Part shown: positions 1 to 13,781 of the stretch, one piece after another
Numbering within the stretch: the stretch's first letter is position 1
How the letters are laid out: each line of letters begins with the position of its first letter
The notes under the pieces: generated by a model
Told to the model about the DNA's origin: nothing
Database searches by the model: none
The model's input: only the letters and a program-made list of their open reading frames with translations
Translations under genes and position numbers: made by a program
Assembly: GCA_900088475.1 (NCBI GenBank)
Contig: FLMG01001193.1
Span: 62,001 to 126,000, forward strand
Direction: 5' to 3'
DNA from: Hyphochytrium catenoides
Lineage: Eukaryota > Protista > Hyphochytriomycota
DNA length: 64,000 bases

Positions 1-778
1 AAAGGGAGAGCTGTCATTTGACAAGTTGCTCAGAATTGATGGTCGGTTTGAGGGAGACCTGGTCTCTAATGGAAGTCTCATAGTAGGGCCATCAGGGGTA
101 GTGATAGGGCACATCGAAGGTAGGAAGACCTGCCTTTATGACTCTAGTTACGAATTCAGTTCGTGCTGACTAAAATCTTGCCTTCCCTCAGACTTTGAGG
201 AAGTCCTGGTGGATGGCAAGGTCTACGGAGATATTCTGGCGACCTCACTCATTATGAGAAGCAACTCACAAGTGTACGGAAACGTTAACACGAAGAGTCT
301 TGTCATGCAGTCCAACTGTGTCTTAGTTGGCTACGCCTCTGTTCACCCATATGCTCCACAAGAGGTAAGACTCGCACTTCTGAACCCATCAAGTAACGAC
401 GACTGAAAAGACCTCGCTATCCCCTCTCGTCTCAATCTGTCATCTATGCAGCCTACCATACCCGCTGATATTGCAAATGCGATCAAGCGGAGGGATGCCG
501 CTCGCTATCAAGCGCAGGAGGAGACTGATAGACGTACGAAGGAAGAGACAAAGACCAACACAGCTGGGAGCGCTTCAGCTCCCGTCACTCTCCCTAGCCT
601 TGTGCCTACTAGTGCTCAACCGCCTTCCCAGCCTCCTTCAACTCCGCCTCCTCCTTCAACTCCTGCTACACAGCCACAGCCATCAGCGGCAAAGACAGAG
701 GTGTCCTATTCGCCATCGCCTCCCACGCTTCCACCCGCTGATGGCAAGGCCAAGAAGTCGTTTTTTGGGAAGAAATGA
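1..778 (+). CDS. Bactofilin (polymer-forming cytoskeletal domain) protein, 5'-truncated by the window edge; 3 exons visible
   Basis: Spliced translation KGELSFDKLLRIDGRFEGDLVSNGSLIVGPSGVVIGHIE|DFEEVLVDGKVYGDILATSLIMRSNSQVYGNVNTKSLVMQSNCVLVG matches the bactofilin beta-helix pattern (LRIDG.FEG, V.G.V.G.I). GT-AG introns at ~120-191 and ~365-451, then a Pro/Ser/Thr-rich tail ending KKSFFGKK*. Confidence 0.85.
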
Positions 779-878
779 AAAGGGTCTTTCAGCCATCACG
801 CCGTCTATCTTACTGATACTGTCTACATTAAAAATATTCTCATAAATAGGGTAGGCATGTAGCTCAGTAATGGATATA

Positions 879-925
879 NNNNNNNNNNNNNNNNNNNNNN
901 NNNNNNNNNNNNNNNNNNNNNNNNN
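879..925. other. Assembly gap (N run)
   Basis: Run of n characters. Confidence 0.99.
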
Positions 926-929
926 AGCA

Positions 930-2362
930 CTAAAACGCTGTAGGTCGTCTTCGGCCGGTGTACTTGCTGTCAGCCTTGACAGCTTTTCCTTTTCGCCGCT
1001 GCTGCTCCTTCTTGTTGGCAATCCAGTCCCTGAGGCGGATCAAAGATGATCAGACCTCCTTAATGAATCGGGCAGCGTGTCCCTCTATCAAGCTATTCAT
1101 GCTTACCTATCTTTGATACCCACCCTCCGGTTCGACTTTGACTGAAGAGGGAACGGAGGGAACAAAAGTTAGTTTTGATGGTACACTCGTACGTGTAACA
1201 GGTTATTCCGACCTTCTGTTTTTGTCTCCGAGCCTCAAACGTCGCTGTTGAGGAAGCTCCTTCAGTTCCCAGCCCACGAGGCAAGGTCTGACTCTCGGCA
1301 TACCCAGCAAACAGACAAAGATAGTATTTCTTGGCTTTGGTACTACGGATAACATTAGATCATGGTCATGTTGCAGATGTACGGAGCTCCCGGCGACCAA
1401 CCTGTTTGGATAATCAATGACCACGCCACCAGAGAAGCCATTCTTCATCGCCACGCCAGAAATGAGCTCAAGTTGCTCGGCATTCTCTGGATAGAGCTGC
1501 AGAACCGCCCTGGTAATAAGAAGTAAGCTAATGTCATGAGATTGTAGGAGCACAGGCTCAGACCCGCACCTGCTGCCGCGTTTGAGGCTGGTATAGAGAC
1601 TCGAGAAAAAGCGATTTAACCGCGTCCTGGAAGAATCATGGGTTAAGGCACTTTGTAGTTGTCAATTCGTAGACTCAAGATTTGATGACCTTGCCGTCTG
1701 TTCTTTCTGAGAGGAATAGCAGAGCCACTGGACGGCTGAGATGCTGATAGCCCCGTCAAATACACCGCTGCGAAAGGGGAGCCCGGTCCCCATGTCCTGT
1801 GAAAGTGACGAGCCGAATTAGTGCTAGGGAGCCTTGCTTCACTGACAAGTCAACCTCCTTACGCTTAGGCATAAATCCCCATCTCTATCTCTGTCAGCAG
1901 CTATTTCCAGCATGTGCTTGCTGATGTCCAGTCCAATCCAAGTGTGGCCAGCTTCCTCTATGGCCACTGCATGGAGGAGTTAGCAGCCTACATCAGCAAC
2001 TCAAAGGGCTATTTACTCACTCCCACTCAGACCGCTTCCACAGCCAATATCCAAGAGGAGACATTCTTGCTCCGAAGGAAGATTGAGAAGCTCCAGCGCA
2101 CGATTTGTGAGCTCTTCCTACCACGGCTATCTATCAGCATTGCCAGAGGAGGATATTCTGACCGAAGGAAGACATACCTGAATCTTTATATTTCTGGTGT
2201 TGGAATGATACTTCGATGCCTCTGTCTCATCGTAATATAGCTAGGGCAGTAGGTAGAGCCATTATGATAAGCGTTGGAGACAAGACGTCATGGAAAGATG
2301 GCAGTTAAGAACGCACAGGATATCCTCACCTCCGGTGGCGCCTGGTGCTCAGGCCGACTCAT
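930..2362 (-). CDS. BUD23: 18S rRNA (guanine-N7) methyltransferase BUD23/WBSCR22, multi-exon
   Basis: Starts [11 protein letters not shown]. Contains [56 protein letters not shown] and the C-terminal DSKYTGRRR, all hallmarks of Bud23. Confidence 0.95.
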
Positions 2363-3030
2363 TGTCCGGCTCGTAATAGGAGGTCACCTGGGACTTCAAA
2401 TAGTTTCAGCCCACTAGACGAGGTTCAAAGGCTGTGGGAAGCTAAGGAACGTGTGAGAAGGAAGCTGAGAGAGACCCGCCTGGAGGAAGAAGCACAGATG
2501 AAGAACGGCTGTCGGTGTGCTGGAAGACTCGAGCAGCAGCAGGCGAAGCAGAGACTGTTTTGAAGGCGAAGGATGGGTTCTGATCGTGCCTCCCTCGCTC
2601 TTCCCTATCGATGATGAATGGCCTGCTAGACTAGCCACTATCCGGAATACCTTACCCAAATGCTTCAGGGTGGTCAGGTTTCTACTGTACACTGTACTGT
2701 ACAGTTCTGTGCGACTGCGTAAATCACAAATGTGGTGGTGTAACCCTATTGCTAGTGTTCGAAATAGATAGTCTCTTTATTCTGGATGGATGCGCTATCA
2801 ATGGAGGTAATACTTGTAGAAGAGGAAAGGTCATCCTTCTCCCTTCTTCACTGCCATGAGGGCGGAGAGCAGTGGGCTCATAGGACGGGACTGCGCTCTA
2901 TTGGTCGTCGGAGGCGTGGGCAGCTGGGCGGTCCCGGAAGCTGATAGGCACTGCGTGCTACTTCCCTGATCCTCAGCTGCGGCTATCCAGGACCTCAGAT
3001 AAAAGAGAGCGCGACTGACGTGTGGGGCTG

Positions 3031-6000
3031 TTATCGATGGGAAACTCCAGTCATCTTCCTCTGTTGGTCTGCACCAACAAACCGATAACCTACAAAGCGG
3101 GAGCTAAAACTGCCTTCTCCTGCAGTCATGGACCGTAAAGCGGTCGCATATCCTGGGTGAGAGCAGTTAGACCTTGGAGTGATGGTAACGGATCAGAAGT
3201 CGGCAAATCACTGGAAAACGAGGGCCTATACCTCACAGTGAAGATTGCTCGAGAAGGTAGATTTGCACTGTATAGACGAGGAGGAAGGCCACTCCGTAGG
3301 GAGTACAATCCTGATCTCACCTATGAGGCTGCTGACAGGGGTCTCTGCGAATATGGCCACATGGTCGAGTCTCCGTCCAGAGTCACTTACGACGTCATTT
3401 ATTACCGCGCGGCGAGTGGAGTTCAAGTCGGAGAGAACATTTCCTGCATCTGACTGTGGAGCTCGGATCTCAAGCTTGACCAGGGGCTCAAATACGAGGG
3501 GTTCCGCTTCACGAATGGCCTGAACAGAAAGTAATGACATGAGCCCCAGAAATCAGAACACGGCTGTGTTCCTAAGTAAGTGGTATGCTGCGATCAAGAG
3601 CAAACTCAAAGCGAGGAGTGTGGGATCAAAGCTGACTATTGCAAGGTTGGGATCCGCCAGGCACGCCCAAAATACTCGAAGCCGAAGCCGATAAGAAGGG
3701 ACAAGTGTTGATGCGAGGCACACCTGCATTACTGCTTGGCTGGTAGCAGCCGTGAAGGTCGCAGCGCTGGAGTCTTCGTCCATGATGATATCTTCTTCAT
3801 GAATGGTGACCTAGTAATTGATGTACGCGATAAGGTTCACCCTCTTTCTGCGTTATTCAACATTATCACCTTTACTCCCATCAATGGATAGCTGAGCAAG
3901 GGCCCACGGTTGAGACCAAGCTGCGCCCCAGTAGTTATGGCGTCTATAATGTGCCTTGGTATGGGTGGCGCTGCCATGGGACCCAACAGGTGTGTCAAAA
4001 CTCGCTAAGATTGAGGTGGACGAGCCATCATACCAGAAACTTCGTCATCCAGGGTTGTCTTCTTTCGCTTGACAATGTCCACTGTCCTTTGAATCTCTTC
4101 ACCCTCGATCAGCCCCGAGGGGTCAAACAAAGGCTCAACATGGACTGTCACTTCTGCAAATTGACGCTTTGTCTGGTGCACCTTCTCATACCGATTACGC
4201 TGCGTGGTTTTGAAGCCCTCATTAGACGTCCGGCTTGAGTGATCAGCGGTAGAGAATCGGATATCGCTAGAAGAAGGTGGCAATGGAGGACATTCTTGTA
4301 GATAGACAAGAGACAAGGAAGCAACCATCAGAGGGGATGCGAATTTACCTTCGACACGGCATGAGAGATGGACTCCCTGTAAGCAACGCGCATGACTCCC
4401 ATCGAAACGGGAACCTTGTATACCTTCTGAAGCCGATCTAAGAGAATCTCCAGATGCAGCTCTCCCATACCGCTGAGCTAATTGTATTGTGAGGAAAGGG
4501 ACGGTGAAGACCAAAGGATCATCAGAGGATGTACGAAAAAAGCCTCGACTGAAAGTGTAGCAATAGAACCTATGAGAGCCGGCATTACCAAAGTCTGTCC
4601 GGTCTCTTCATCATACGTAACAATGGCGCTAGGATCTTCTCTCTGCAAGAGCTCCAGCGCATCCACGAGATCCCTCTCGTAAGCCGCCGATTCCAACTCT
4701 AACGAGGCCGTGAACACTGGTTCGGGGACCTGAGGCGGAGATACACTTAGTTCAAGTTTACGAAGGGATCGTAATGAGACAGCGAGTTGGAACAGAAATA
4801 TCTGGGGCAGACAAACTTAACGGGTTCTACCGATTTGATAGGCATGTCGCAGCCTCAAACAGTGTGAAAAAATGCCATTGATAAAGAGTGGTAAGCAAAG
4901 ATTGCTAAGATTGAGGGAAAGATCCTTTTTCAACTCTACCGTGATGCTCTCAAGCAGGATCTTCTCCTTGTCAGAGGCCACGACGACTGTATCACCAGTG
5001 CAAGTATGCTTAAGTCCAAGCGCGGCCCCGATATGGCCTGCTGGAATCTCATCTATTTCTTCCGTACTCTTGGCATTGATCCTTACTAAGCGCATGGGTC
5101 GTTCCTTTATGTCTCTGGCAGGGTCGCACGAGGCAAACATGTTAAGAGAGAAGAGAGTAGGCTCCGGAGCCGCTATTGAACGATCATGCTATGCTCCGCA
5201 AGAGTTATACGCACCTGGTAACATTGTAAAGTTGCACTTTGTTCTTCAGAGAGCCCGAGTATACTCGAAAGAAGACCATTGCTCCTTTTTGAGTCTCTTG
5301 TTGCACCTGAACCAAAAATCAACAAAAGAGTTGAACTTACTCTATCTTTCGTCTTGTATCCTTGATCTACACACCTTGAAGGCAAGCGCACTCAAGGGTG
5401 CCTTAGCATCTGGCATTCTAGTTATAACCTTATTGTCCTTCACACGAATAGCCGGCGGGTTACCCTTATCTCTGCAGCGAGGTTTGGGTTTAGCGTAGAA
5501 GATTCGAAGCGAAGAGGCATCAGAAGGATTTTGAAGACTGATGAGTGAAAGGAGCCGCACATATCTAGGAGCGAAGAAGGGTGGAGAGAGGGGATCACTG
5601 ACATTGGAGAGGGCAGGTAGTCTATGATAGCGTCGAGAAGCGGCTGGACGCCTTTATTCTTCAGCGCTGAACCGCAAAGTGTCACTACACCACCACTCTT
5701 TGGATTTAGAGTAATCCTCCTCAAAGCGGCCTTTAGGTCTGATGCACTAATCTTCTCAGGATCCTCAAGATAAAGCTCCGCAAGCTAGTGGAAAAATGCC
5801 AGAGGGATATTGTTTAGGCATAGCCCAAGTGCAGGGTGGTGTTCCTTGCGTACCTGGTCATCGAGCTCGGCTGCCTTCTCAACAAGTTTGTCTCGTTCCG
5901 CAGCAGAGACCTCACGCAACTGCATAAGCGCTCCGCCCGGCGCCACAGCATGAAGTGGAAGTTGTCTCACTTCGTCGCCCATCCTATCTGTCCACTCCAA

Positions 6001-7197
6001 AAGCTCCAGTGTTACAAGGTCTACAACGCCTATGCGCGAGTTAATCTTTTATGACTCGCAGCATGCCTACCGCCTACTAATGCGCTTCTCGATGACACTT
6101 CCACTAACAGCGAAGCTCTGAATGGTCCTACTTCCTACCTCTGAAGTCTTCTGATTCTCCAATGGGGTAGTGCACTAAAAGCGGGATTGTTCTAAGCCTC
6201 TTCTCCATGCTCTTGGCAGTGTAGCTCAAGGAAGCACCATCTCTAAAGTGCGGCCAGGGGTGCGGATGAAGATTCGAGAATGCAATGAACTCGGTCAGGG
6301 AAGAATGAAGGGCAGCTAAGCAGGTTGGAATTATACGTGGCGACAAACCCTAATGATATGGAACACATTGAATGAGAAGGCACCTCTCTCACGTGCCACC
6401 GGCCAAGATCAGGATCAGCACCAGTCAAAGACAAGTAAATGCAGAATAGAGAGGATGGATGGAGTGTGGATCCATCAGTATACCTATCAAGTTTGTTAAC
6501 GAAGGCAATCCTAGGCACGCTATAGCGATCAGCCTGCTCCCAGACAGTTTCTGTCTGTGCCTCCACCCCAGCAACACCGTCAAATACCGCAATACCACCT
6601 AGAAACATAAGGATGGTGAGAGTGAGAAAACGCAGAGAGAGAAAGATGCAGCTAACCGCTTCAGAGCGAACATATAGAAGGTGGACAAGCGTCAAGGACT
6701 GAAGACTGAGAAGGCTCCTGTTTGTCGTCACTGATCACTGACCATCCAGCACACGTGCGGAGCGCTCAACCTCAACCGTGAAGTCCACATGTCCCGGTGT
6801 GTCTATGAGATTGATAAAGTGGTCTTTCCAGGAGAATGAGATACATGCTGCACCAATAGTAATGCCTCGCTCTCTCTCCTGCTCCATGAAGTCCATCACA
6901 GTGTCTCCATCGTGGACCTGAGGAGCCTCAGTTCAGCTCGATCTTCCTACAAAGACGACAGTAAGAGTCTCTTACCTCACCCACGCTTCTGATCTTTCCA
7001 GAATAGTAGAGCATCCGCTCAGTGGTTGTAGTCTTCCCTGCGTCAATATGAGCAATGATACCAACATTGCGGACTTTGTGAAGCTCTGGGTCTGGTGCCG
7101 AGGAAAATGCAGCAGCAGCGCGATGGGCTAGCACTGCATCGCCCTTTATCGGCCACCGCAGACCCCGTGAACCCGTTCCCGCCAGTTGCTTCCACAT
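3031..7197 (-). CDS. GFM2: Mitochondrial elongation factor G2 / ribosome-releasing factor 2 (EF-G family GTPase), multi-exon
   Basis: Presequence-like N-terminus, then [80 protein letters not shown] and a final exon [19 protein letters not shown]2 rather than EF-G1 is inferred from overall divergence. Confidence 0.85.
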
Positions 7198-7998
7198 TGC
7201 AACGGGAGACAATCGTGTCTACCACTACCACTTGTGTTCTAAAGTAACGCCATTAGGCGGCAGAGTCGTTTCAGGTTGTTCCTGGTCCCTCTCGGAGCTT
7301 TCCCTCCTTAGCCCATGCACACGAGGTGACGTTCACCTTGGCAAGAGGTGCAAAAGAGACAGCGTCTAACCTTCTATCTGCCACATCGGAAAGAAACAGG
7401 CGTTAGGTCAGACGAGAGAGCGCATGCTAGCTAGCTGAGGTCAGGCCATTGAAGGCCCGGCATCAACTCTCTCCTCCTCCTCGACGGTTCCTCGTCCTGC
7501 AGCGGATCAGAAGGCCTCAGAAGCCTCGAGCAGGAAACGATTGGCTCAACTCCCCAACCATCATCAATGACCTCGAGCCGCTAACGGACAGCGGTCGTTC
7601 ACGTTCGCAATATGAATACTATCTATTGTCAATCGATATGGATACGAGGAAGCAATCAGCAGATTTGGCGGCGAAGGTCCCAGACGCCCTCATCCGCAGC
7701 TCTGACACTGCTTGCCTGTCATGTCAAGCGCTAGAGCGAGGGCAGCCTGCTCCTCGATCGACCTATCAAGTTCAAGAGACTCCGGTCGTTGCGTGCTCCT
7801 CTGGGCATAATAAACGGTTGGGCGCCTGCGTATAGTAGGAATCTTCCCCGCTAGCATCCTCCCTTGGGCTATTGTGAGGGCCATCTCCGTGGTAAGAGGT
7901 AGGGCGTCGTTGAAGCCAAACTGCTTTCACTCCCTACATTAGCACTGACCTGCTCCTGTTGCTTGCCCTATTGTGTTGCTCTGCTAGAGCGTCACAAA

Positions 7999-10796
7999 AT
8001 GGCAGAAGAAGGTGAATCCCATGGTCATGGTGAAGACAAGACATTGGAGGATAAGGCGCAAATTAGTGCCGAGGAGGTACGGACCAGGCTCTGTAATCAT
8101 CGCCTTGATGGTGACGCTAACATGTATCAACGTTCTCCTGATTATTTCAGCTCCTCAGCAAGCTAGGACTTGCTCAGTCCCGTCCGGTTGGAGACGGGAA
8201 GGAGTTTAAGTTTTGGAGCACTCAGCCGGTTCTTAAGCTCGGTGCGTCTCTATCATCATCTTGTCCTGCTGCGGAGCTCGCTCACAGGATATGTTTGTCA
8301 TTTCTCTACTTTACATGGCGATTGCCGTCATAATTGATGATAACGGCACCCTATAGACGAGTCAACGGAAGAACACGGTCCCATTGATGCTATCAAGACC
8401 CCAGATGACGTCCGTTCTGAACCCTACGCCATGCCTGCTGGCTTTGAATGGTCAGACGTGGACGTTACTGATGATGCACAGGTCGGTAGCGGAGGTTGTG
8501 TGTGCGGTGTATTACGATGACATCTGCACTGCCCTACGTCTCTGGCTTTGTTCCTCGCTACGACCGTATGAGGGTAGTCTGCTTACGGTTCTGGGCCTAG
8601 CCTACACACGACTCTATGTATTCCGTTCTTCTTTTTGCAGGTCCTTCACTACCATTACCTTTTCTGGAAACACTCTTCTTTATAGTTTGTTATGCCTTTT
8701 TCCAAGTAAGACTCTAAGCTTGAGTGGCCCCTTTGAAGCTGCATGAGGTGTACGTGCTGCTTGCTGAGAACTACGTTGAAGATGATGACTCCATGTTTCG
8801 CTTCGATTATCCCGTGCCATTTCTAAAATGGTAAGAGAGCAAAGTGACGAGCACTATCAATCAGTGATCCACTACCTCTTTATCGAGTCTTACTTGGTTA
8901 CTGTTTCTTTCATCTTCCGGTTTTGCTGACTATCTATGGCAGGGCTCTACTGCCTCCAGGTTACAATCCTGCCTTCCATATCGGAGTAAGGTCTACCAAG
9001 ACAAAGAAACTGCTAGGCTTTATTACAGGCATACCCGTCTTAGCCAGAGTCTATAGCGAGTAAGTTTCCCCTCTCTTCTTCTGGGAGGACATAGTCGGGA
9101 GGTGCTTGAGACTCGGGAGAAGTGTGTCCAGGTAGAGAGAAATGAAGGGACCTACACGATTGGAGGTATTTTCCTATCAAGCAGAAGAGTCAGCAAAGGA
9201 TCCTTCTCATGCTTTCGACGCCAAAGAGGATCACTCCGGCTTAAGTCGCAGTCGGCAACAATATAGCTAGCAAGGACAAAGAGATGTCCGTAGACGAGAG
9301 TCTAACTCTCCCGGGATGAAGCAACAAACTCTGAAAGGCTTGGTTATGTAGGAAGGTCAAGATGGTGGAAATCAACTTTCTTTGTGTCCACAAGAAGCTG
9401 CGAAGTAAGCGCCTTGCACCAGTGCTCATCAAGGAGGTGACCCGGCGTGTGAATAAGACAGGTCCGTTATACTGGACTATTATTTTTGCTGGGAAGAAGG
9501 CACTGACCATCAAAACTTAGATGTTTGGCAGGCAGTGTACACAGCAGGTGTCGTCCTCCCCAAGCCCGTAGCTAGTTGCCGATATTGGCACCGTTCATTA
9601 AACCCAAAAAAGCTGGTGGAGGTTGGCTTCTCTCGGCTTCCGCCAAGGATGACAATGAATATGCTGATCAAGCTGTACAAGCTTCCTGCGGTAGGCACCG
9701 GTAGATATGAGAACTGAATAACTTGGAAGCTAACGAATGAACCCTAATTGCAGACTCCGGCTACCCCAGGCATACGAAAGCTCACCGCTGAAGACGTTCC
9801 ATCGGCCTGCAAGCTTCTGAACTCTTTCTTAGACGGGTCTGTTGACAATGCCCATTCCCCGCCAATTCTGGCGAGAAAAGTTTCACTCATATCTCCGTCA
9901 ATTGCCTTCGACCTCCCATGATTTGAGCTTCTTAACCTGCGCAAGGACCTTCCTTCAACTCTGTTTGATACCTTTGCTGCCGTAATCACCATCTGTAAGG
10001 GTTGATGTTTAAACCACTCCACTGATGGCTTATTGTCTAAAAGGTATGACCTGGTGACGATTTTTAGCGAGGAAGAGTTTGCGCACTGGTTCCTTCCGCG
10101 AGATCATGTCGTTGACTGCTATGTGCGGACAGTAAGTGATCCTTTCTCCATCGAGATACGGTTGCGTTCTCCATTGGCCAGCGGCGGCCTGGTCTGCAAT
10201 CTGTGTTATAGTTCATCCTTCTGCCCCATGTGGAGTTGGATCTCTCGCGAAGTCCGTCCAATTTGATGTGGCTTATACTTCCTCCCACACCTCATTTAGG
10301 ATGACAAGACTGGAGAGGTCACAGATATATGTTCCTACTATCATCTGCCCTCGACGGTATTAAGGCATGAGAAGTACAAGAGCGTTAACGCCGCGTACTC
10401 TTTTTATAACGTGGCGACGACAGTCTCTCCGACTGAACTGATACAGGATTTGTTAGTGCTTGCGAAGAATGTATGACTTGGGCAACTCATGTGACTGGTG
10501 TCATTGAAAGTATATCTCAACTTATGCTCCTGATCTCTTTGCAGAATGGGTTCGATGTGTTCAACGCGCTGGACGTTCAAAAGAACAGTGAGGTTTTCGG
10601 AAAGCTCAAGTTCGGCATTGGGGACGGACATTTGCAGGTAAGGAAGCCACCTCAAGTAAGTTATACGTCTCAGATCGCTCAATTCTCACGCTTTGCTTCT
10701 GGTGCCAATGCCCTCAATGCGACCTCGCAGTATTATCTGTACAACTGGAAGTGTCCAGCGATGACACCTCCAAGAGTTGGCCTGGTGCTTCTTTGA
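7999..10796 (+). CDS. NMT1: Glycylpeptide N-tetradecanoyltransferase (N-myristoyltransferase), multi-exon
   Basis: [98 protein letters not shown], and C-terminal VGLVLL*. Confidence 0.97.
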
Positions 10797-10989
10797 GCAT
10801 CTCAGCTTAGCTCCCTAGAACCCCAAACCCATTTGCAGAGGTCTAAGAGCACTAAGCTCAGCCAGAGACCTTCCTATCCTTAAACAGGCTTCCCTTAATT
10901 TAGACCTCAATGTCATGATCGAAAAGGGCTGATGTTTTAAAATCTTATAAAAGGAGTAGAGTGGGTGAAAGAATGCTTTGATGATAGCC

Positions 10990-13024
10990 CTACAGGTTCC
11001 CAAACTTTTCAAAGAGTAGCTGAGAATCCGAGCTGGTTGAAAGAAGACGGCCTATTCTGTCCTTGCTCCCCTGGCGCTTGATCTCATGAGTGTACGCCTG
11101 GAATTTCACAATGTTGCCAGGATCCTCATTCTCAAAGGCAATGCGATAGATCATTGCCATTAGCGGAAACTCTTCGAGCTGATTATTCTTCTCTAGCACC
11201 TGCCAATTAAGTTGAAGCAGATGCCGTTAGACACTACATCCTTGCGATAGGAGAACGCCTCAGGAGACAGAAGCTGTCTAGGGATTGTGAGTACTAGGCA
11301 CAACCGCTGGCTAGGAGCAGAGACCTACCTTGTACACTTCTGAAGCCGTAAGAGTCCCCTGCAACTTCTGCCCGCCCAGAAGCTCACTTTCTAACTCAGA
11401 CTGAAGACAATGGCCACACAAACATGGAGGTAACGATAAATCAGACTGTCATGTTGAGAAGGGATGGACTGTTCCTTATCGCTCGGCCGGTTCCGCAAGG
11501 AGCATCCTTCTCCTGTTTGGAAGATTTCCAGAGCATCCTTAGCCTACTTACCCAGCCTCGCCTGGTCTTGACATAGGCTTCAGCTACCTTTCGGTTCCTA
11601 CCTGTCGGATAGTCCATGCAGTGGTCAATTGGAAGGTATGAAGCGGGAGAAGGAGAGAGCTTACCTCCGAAGCAGGTGGTGATGAGGTCAGCCACGCCAC
11701 AGCTCTATGTATGCGGCAAAAAAATGTTCCAGCTCTGAGCTTTACTCCCCAACTGAAGCATTGTGCTATATTAGGTACCTCAAAAAATGTCTCATCCCTT
11801 ATACCATCCAAATAGCGGTAGGCGAAGCGTTTCATCTCTAGCAATCCAATGCGAATGATAGCAGCTTTGGTATTGGTCCCATAGCCAAGACCATCACTAA
11901 TAGCACAATTGTTGGCAACATAGAGAGGAAGCAAGATAATGAGAAACAACGCGGTGGTCTACATAGCTGAGAACAAGCCCTTAGATGACGCTGAGTCTCA
12001 TCGATTGGGCCATCATATAGGTAAAGAACCAATTAGCAAGGCTGCACACCAGACGAAAAGCAGAAAGCCACAAGTGGACAGGAATGACGGTACTATCGAG
12101 CAGCAGGTCAACGCATGATAAAGTAGACGAGTAGGTCTTACCAGAAGCCAGCTCCAAGGGCAATCACGTTCTTTAGAGCACCACAGATCTCTACTCCCTG
12201 GGCATCCAGGGCCACCTCGCACCTGAAGGTGTCAATGCTGAGTAGCTTTTTCCATAGAGAGCCATTCTCAAGGTGCTCGGTTCCAATGGTACTCTCGCAG
12301 AACTGACCCTCGGCTATCTCGTTTGCAACATTTGCGCCCATTAGGACACTAACGTCTACCCCCAGGGCTTGGCGAATAATGTCTGAGATCAGAACAGGAC
12401 CTTCCTCGTCAAAGTCGACGCCTTTGATTAACGAGATGGCCCTGGCGTCCGACCTCATACTAGCTTTGACCACTGGAAGAAGGCCGGGCAAAAACTGATG
12501 TGGAAGGACGAAGATGAGGCAGGAGGCACCTGTAACAGCTTTCTCCAGCTCTGGGACCGCAATAACGTTCTGGGGAATCTTAAACCCTACAAGCAAGAGG
12601 TGCAAAACAGCGGTTGGCTTAGGTGTGAGAGAAAAGCAGGAAGTGTATTGAACAACAACCCACGCAGCAGCAAGCAACAGAACCTTCTCTGATTAGTCTT
12701 GGGAATCTGGGTGAATCACTATCTCATAATCTTAGCATAGAAGAGCTGACCTCACGAACCTGGGAGGTACTTTACGTTCTCATGGTCCGTGTTGATGATC
12801 TCACTCAGCTTGCGTCCATTGATCACCTCCTCGTACACCCAAATCACCACTTGCTGCTCAAAGAGATCTGAATAGCTTCTTACAGTCTCGCCGACAATCC
12901 GTGCAATGGTTGTGCCCCAGTTGCCTGAGCCAATGATGCAAACCTTTTCCTTAGCCCCACTTCGGCCGCTAGATAGCCCAGTAGAGGTGTTTGGGTCCTG
13001 CGCTGTGCTGGACGTATCTTCCAT
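10990..13024 (-). CDS. GPD1: NAD-dependent glycerol-3-phosphate dehydrogenase, multi-exon
   Basis: [93 protein letters not shown]. Confidence 0.96.
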
Positions 13025-13781
13025 AGTTACTTGACCTTACTGTCTTGAAGCAGCTTCGACCGGATAGCACTTTCAGGGTGCGCGCGCCTCCTTAGCCACG
13101 ACAGCGGTGCTGTGTTAAATGTAAGAAATCGAAGCGCTCCCCTAACTCTTGGTCTCTCAGAGGCCAGGACTTCCCTGTCAGCTCAAGGACAGAGGCAGTA
13201 CAGAGCCTAAGTCACGACTGTTCATCTGCTGCCAGCTGAAAGGGCTTGCGCCTTTGTCGATGTCGCTATGATGAGGTGTCGTGGTTGCTCTTCTCTACTC
13301 GTCGTACCTTCATCGACTTTCTGCGATCTCTGAAATAGATCTTCGCACGATCTAGTTCTGGAAGAACCATTACTCAGATCACCTCCAGGAGAGCCCCGGT
13401 AACTGAGAGGTCTTGGCTTTGGAACATAGTTTGTCAAGCAAAGGAGGACGCCAATAATAACTTCCCCCGCCTGGCAGGTAGGAGTAGTAGTAAGCCTTCG
13501 TTGGGAGAAGCGCTACTCTGACATTCCATGATGAGCTGTGGCAGGGCCATTGATATTGTTGAGACTATCCGAGCGTGGATCGGTGTGCTGCCCCAGCTCG
13601 AACATAAACCGATAAAGGCTAGCATTGGAGGCTTAATGGTTTATTTTACAAGCTTAAAGAGCAAACGACCCCAGCAGCCCGACGGGGTTTGGGCCCGTGG
13701 CGAGTAGCATTGATGTACAGAATGGGGGTCAGATGGAAGATGGACGTGTTTTTACAGTGATGGGCGGGTTGAGCCGAACAA

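Noticed and set aside
2740-2750. taacccta telomere-template-like 8-mer in an intergenic region (a similar short hit near 21213)
   Set aside because: Too short; expected by chance in 64 kb.
2856-2969. 37-aa ORF containing LLVVGGVGSWAV, resembling the ThiF/TcdA nucleotide-binding loop
   Set aside because: No further family motifs or spliceable continuation; probably coincidence.
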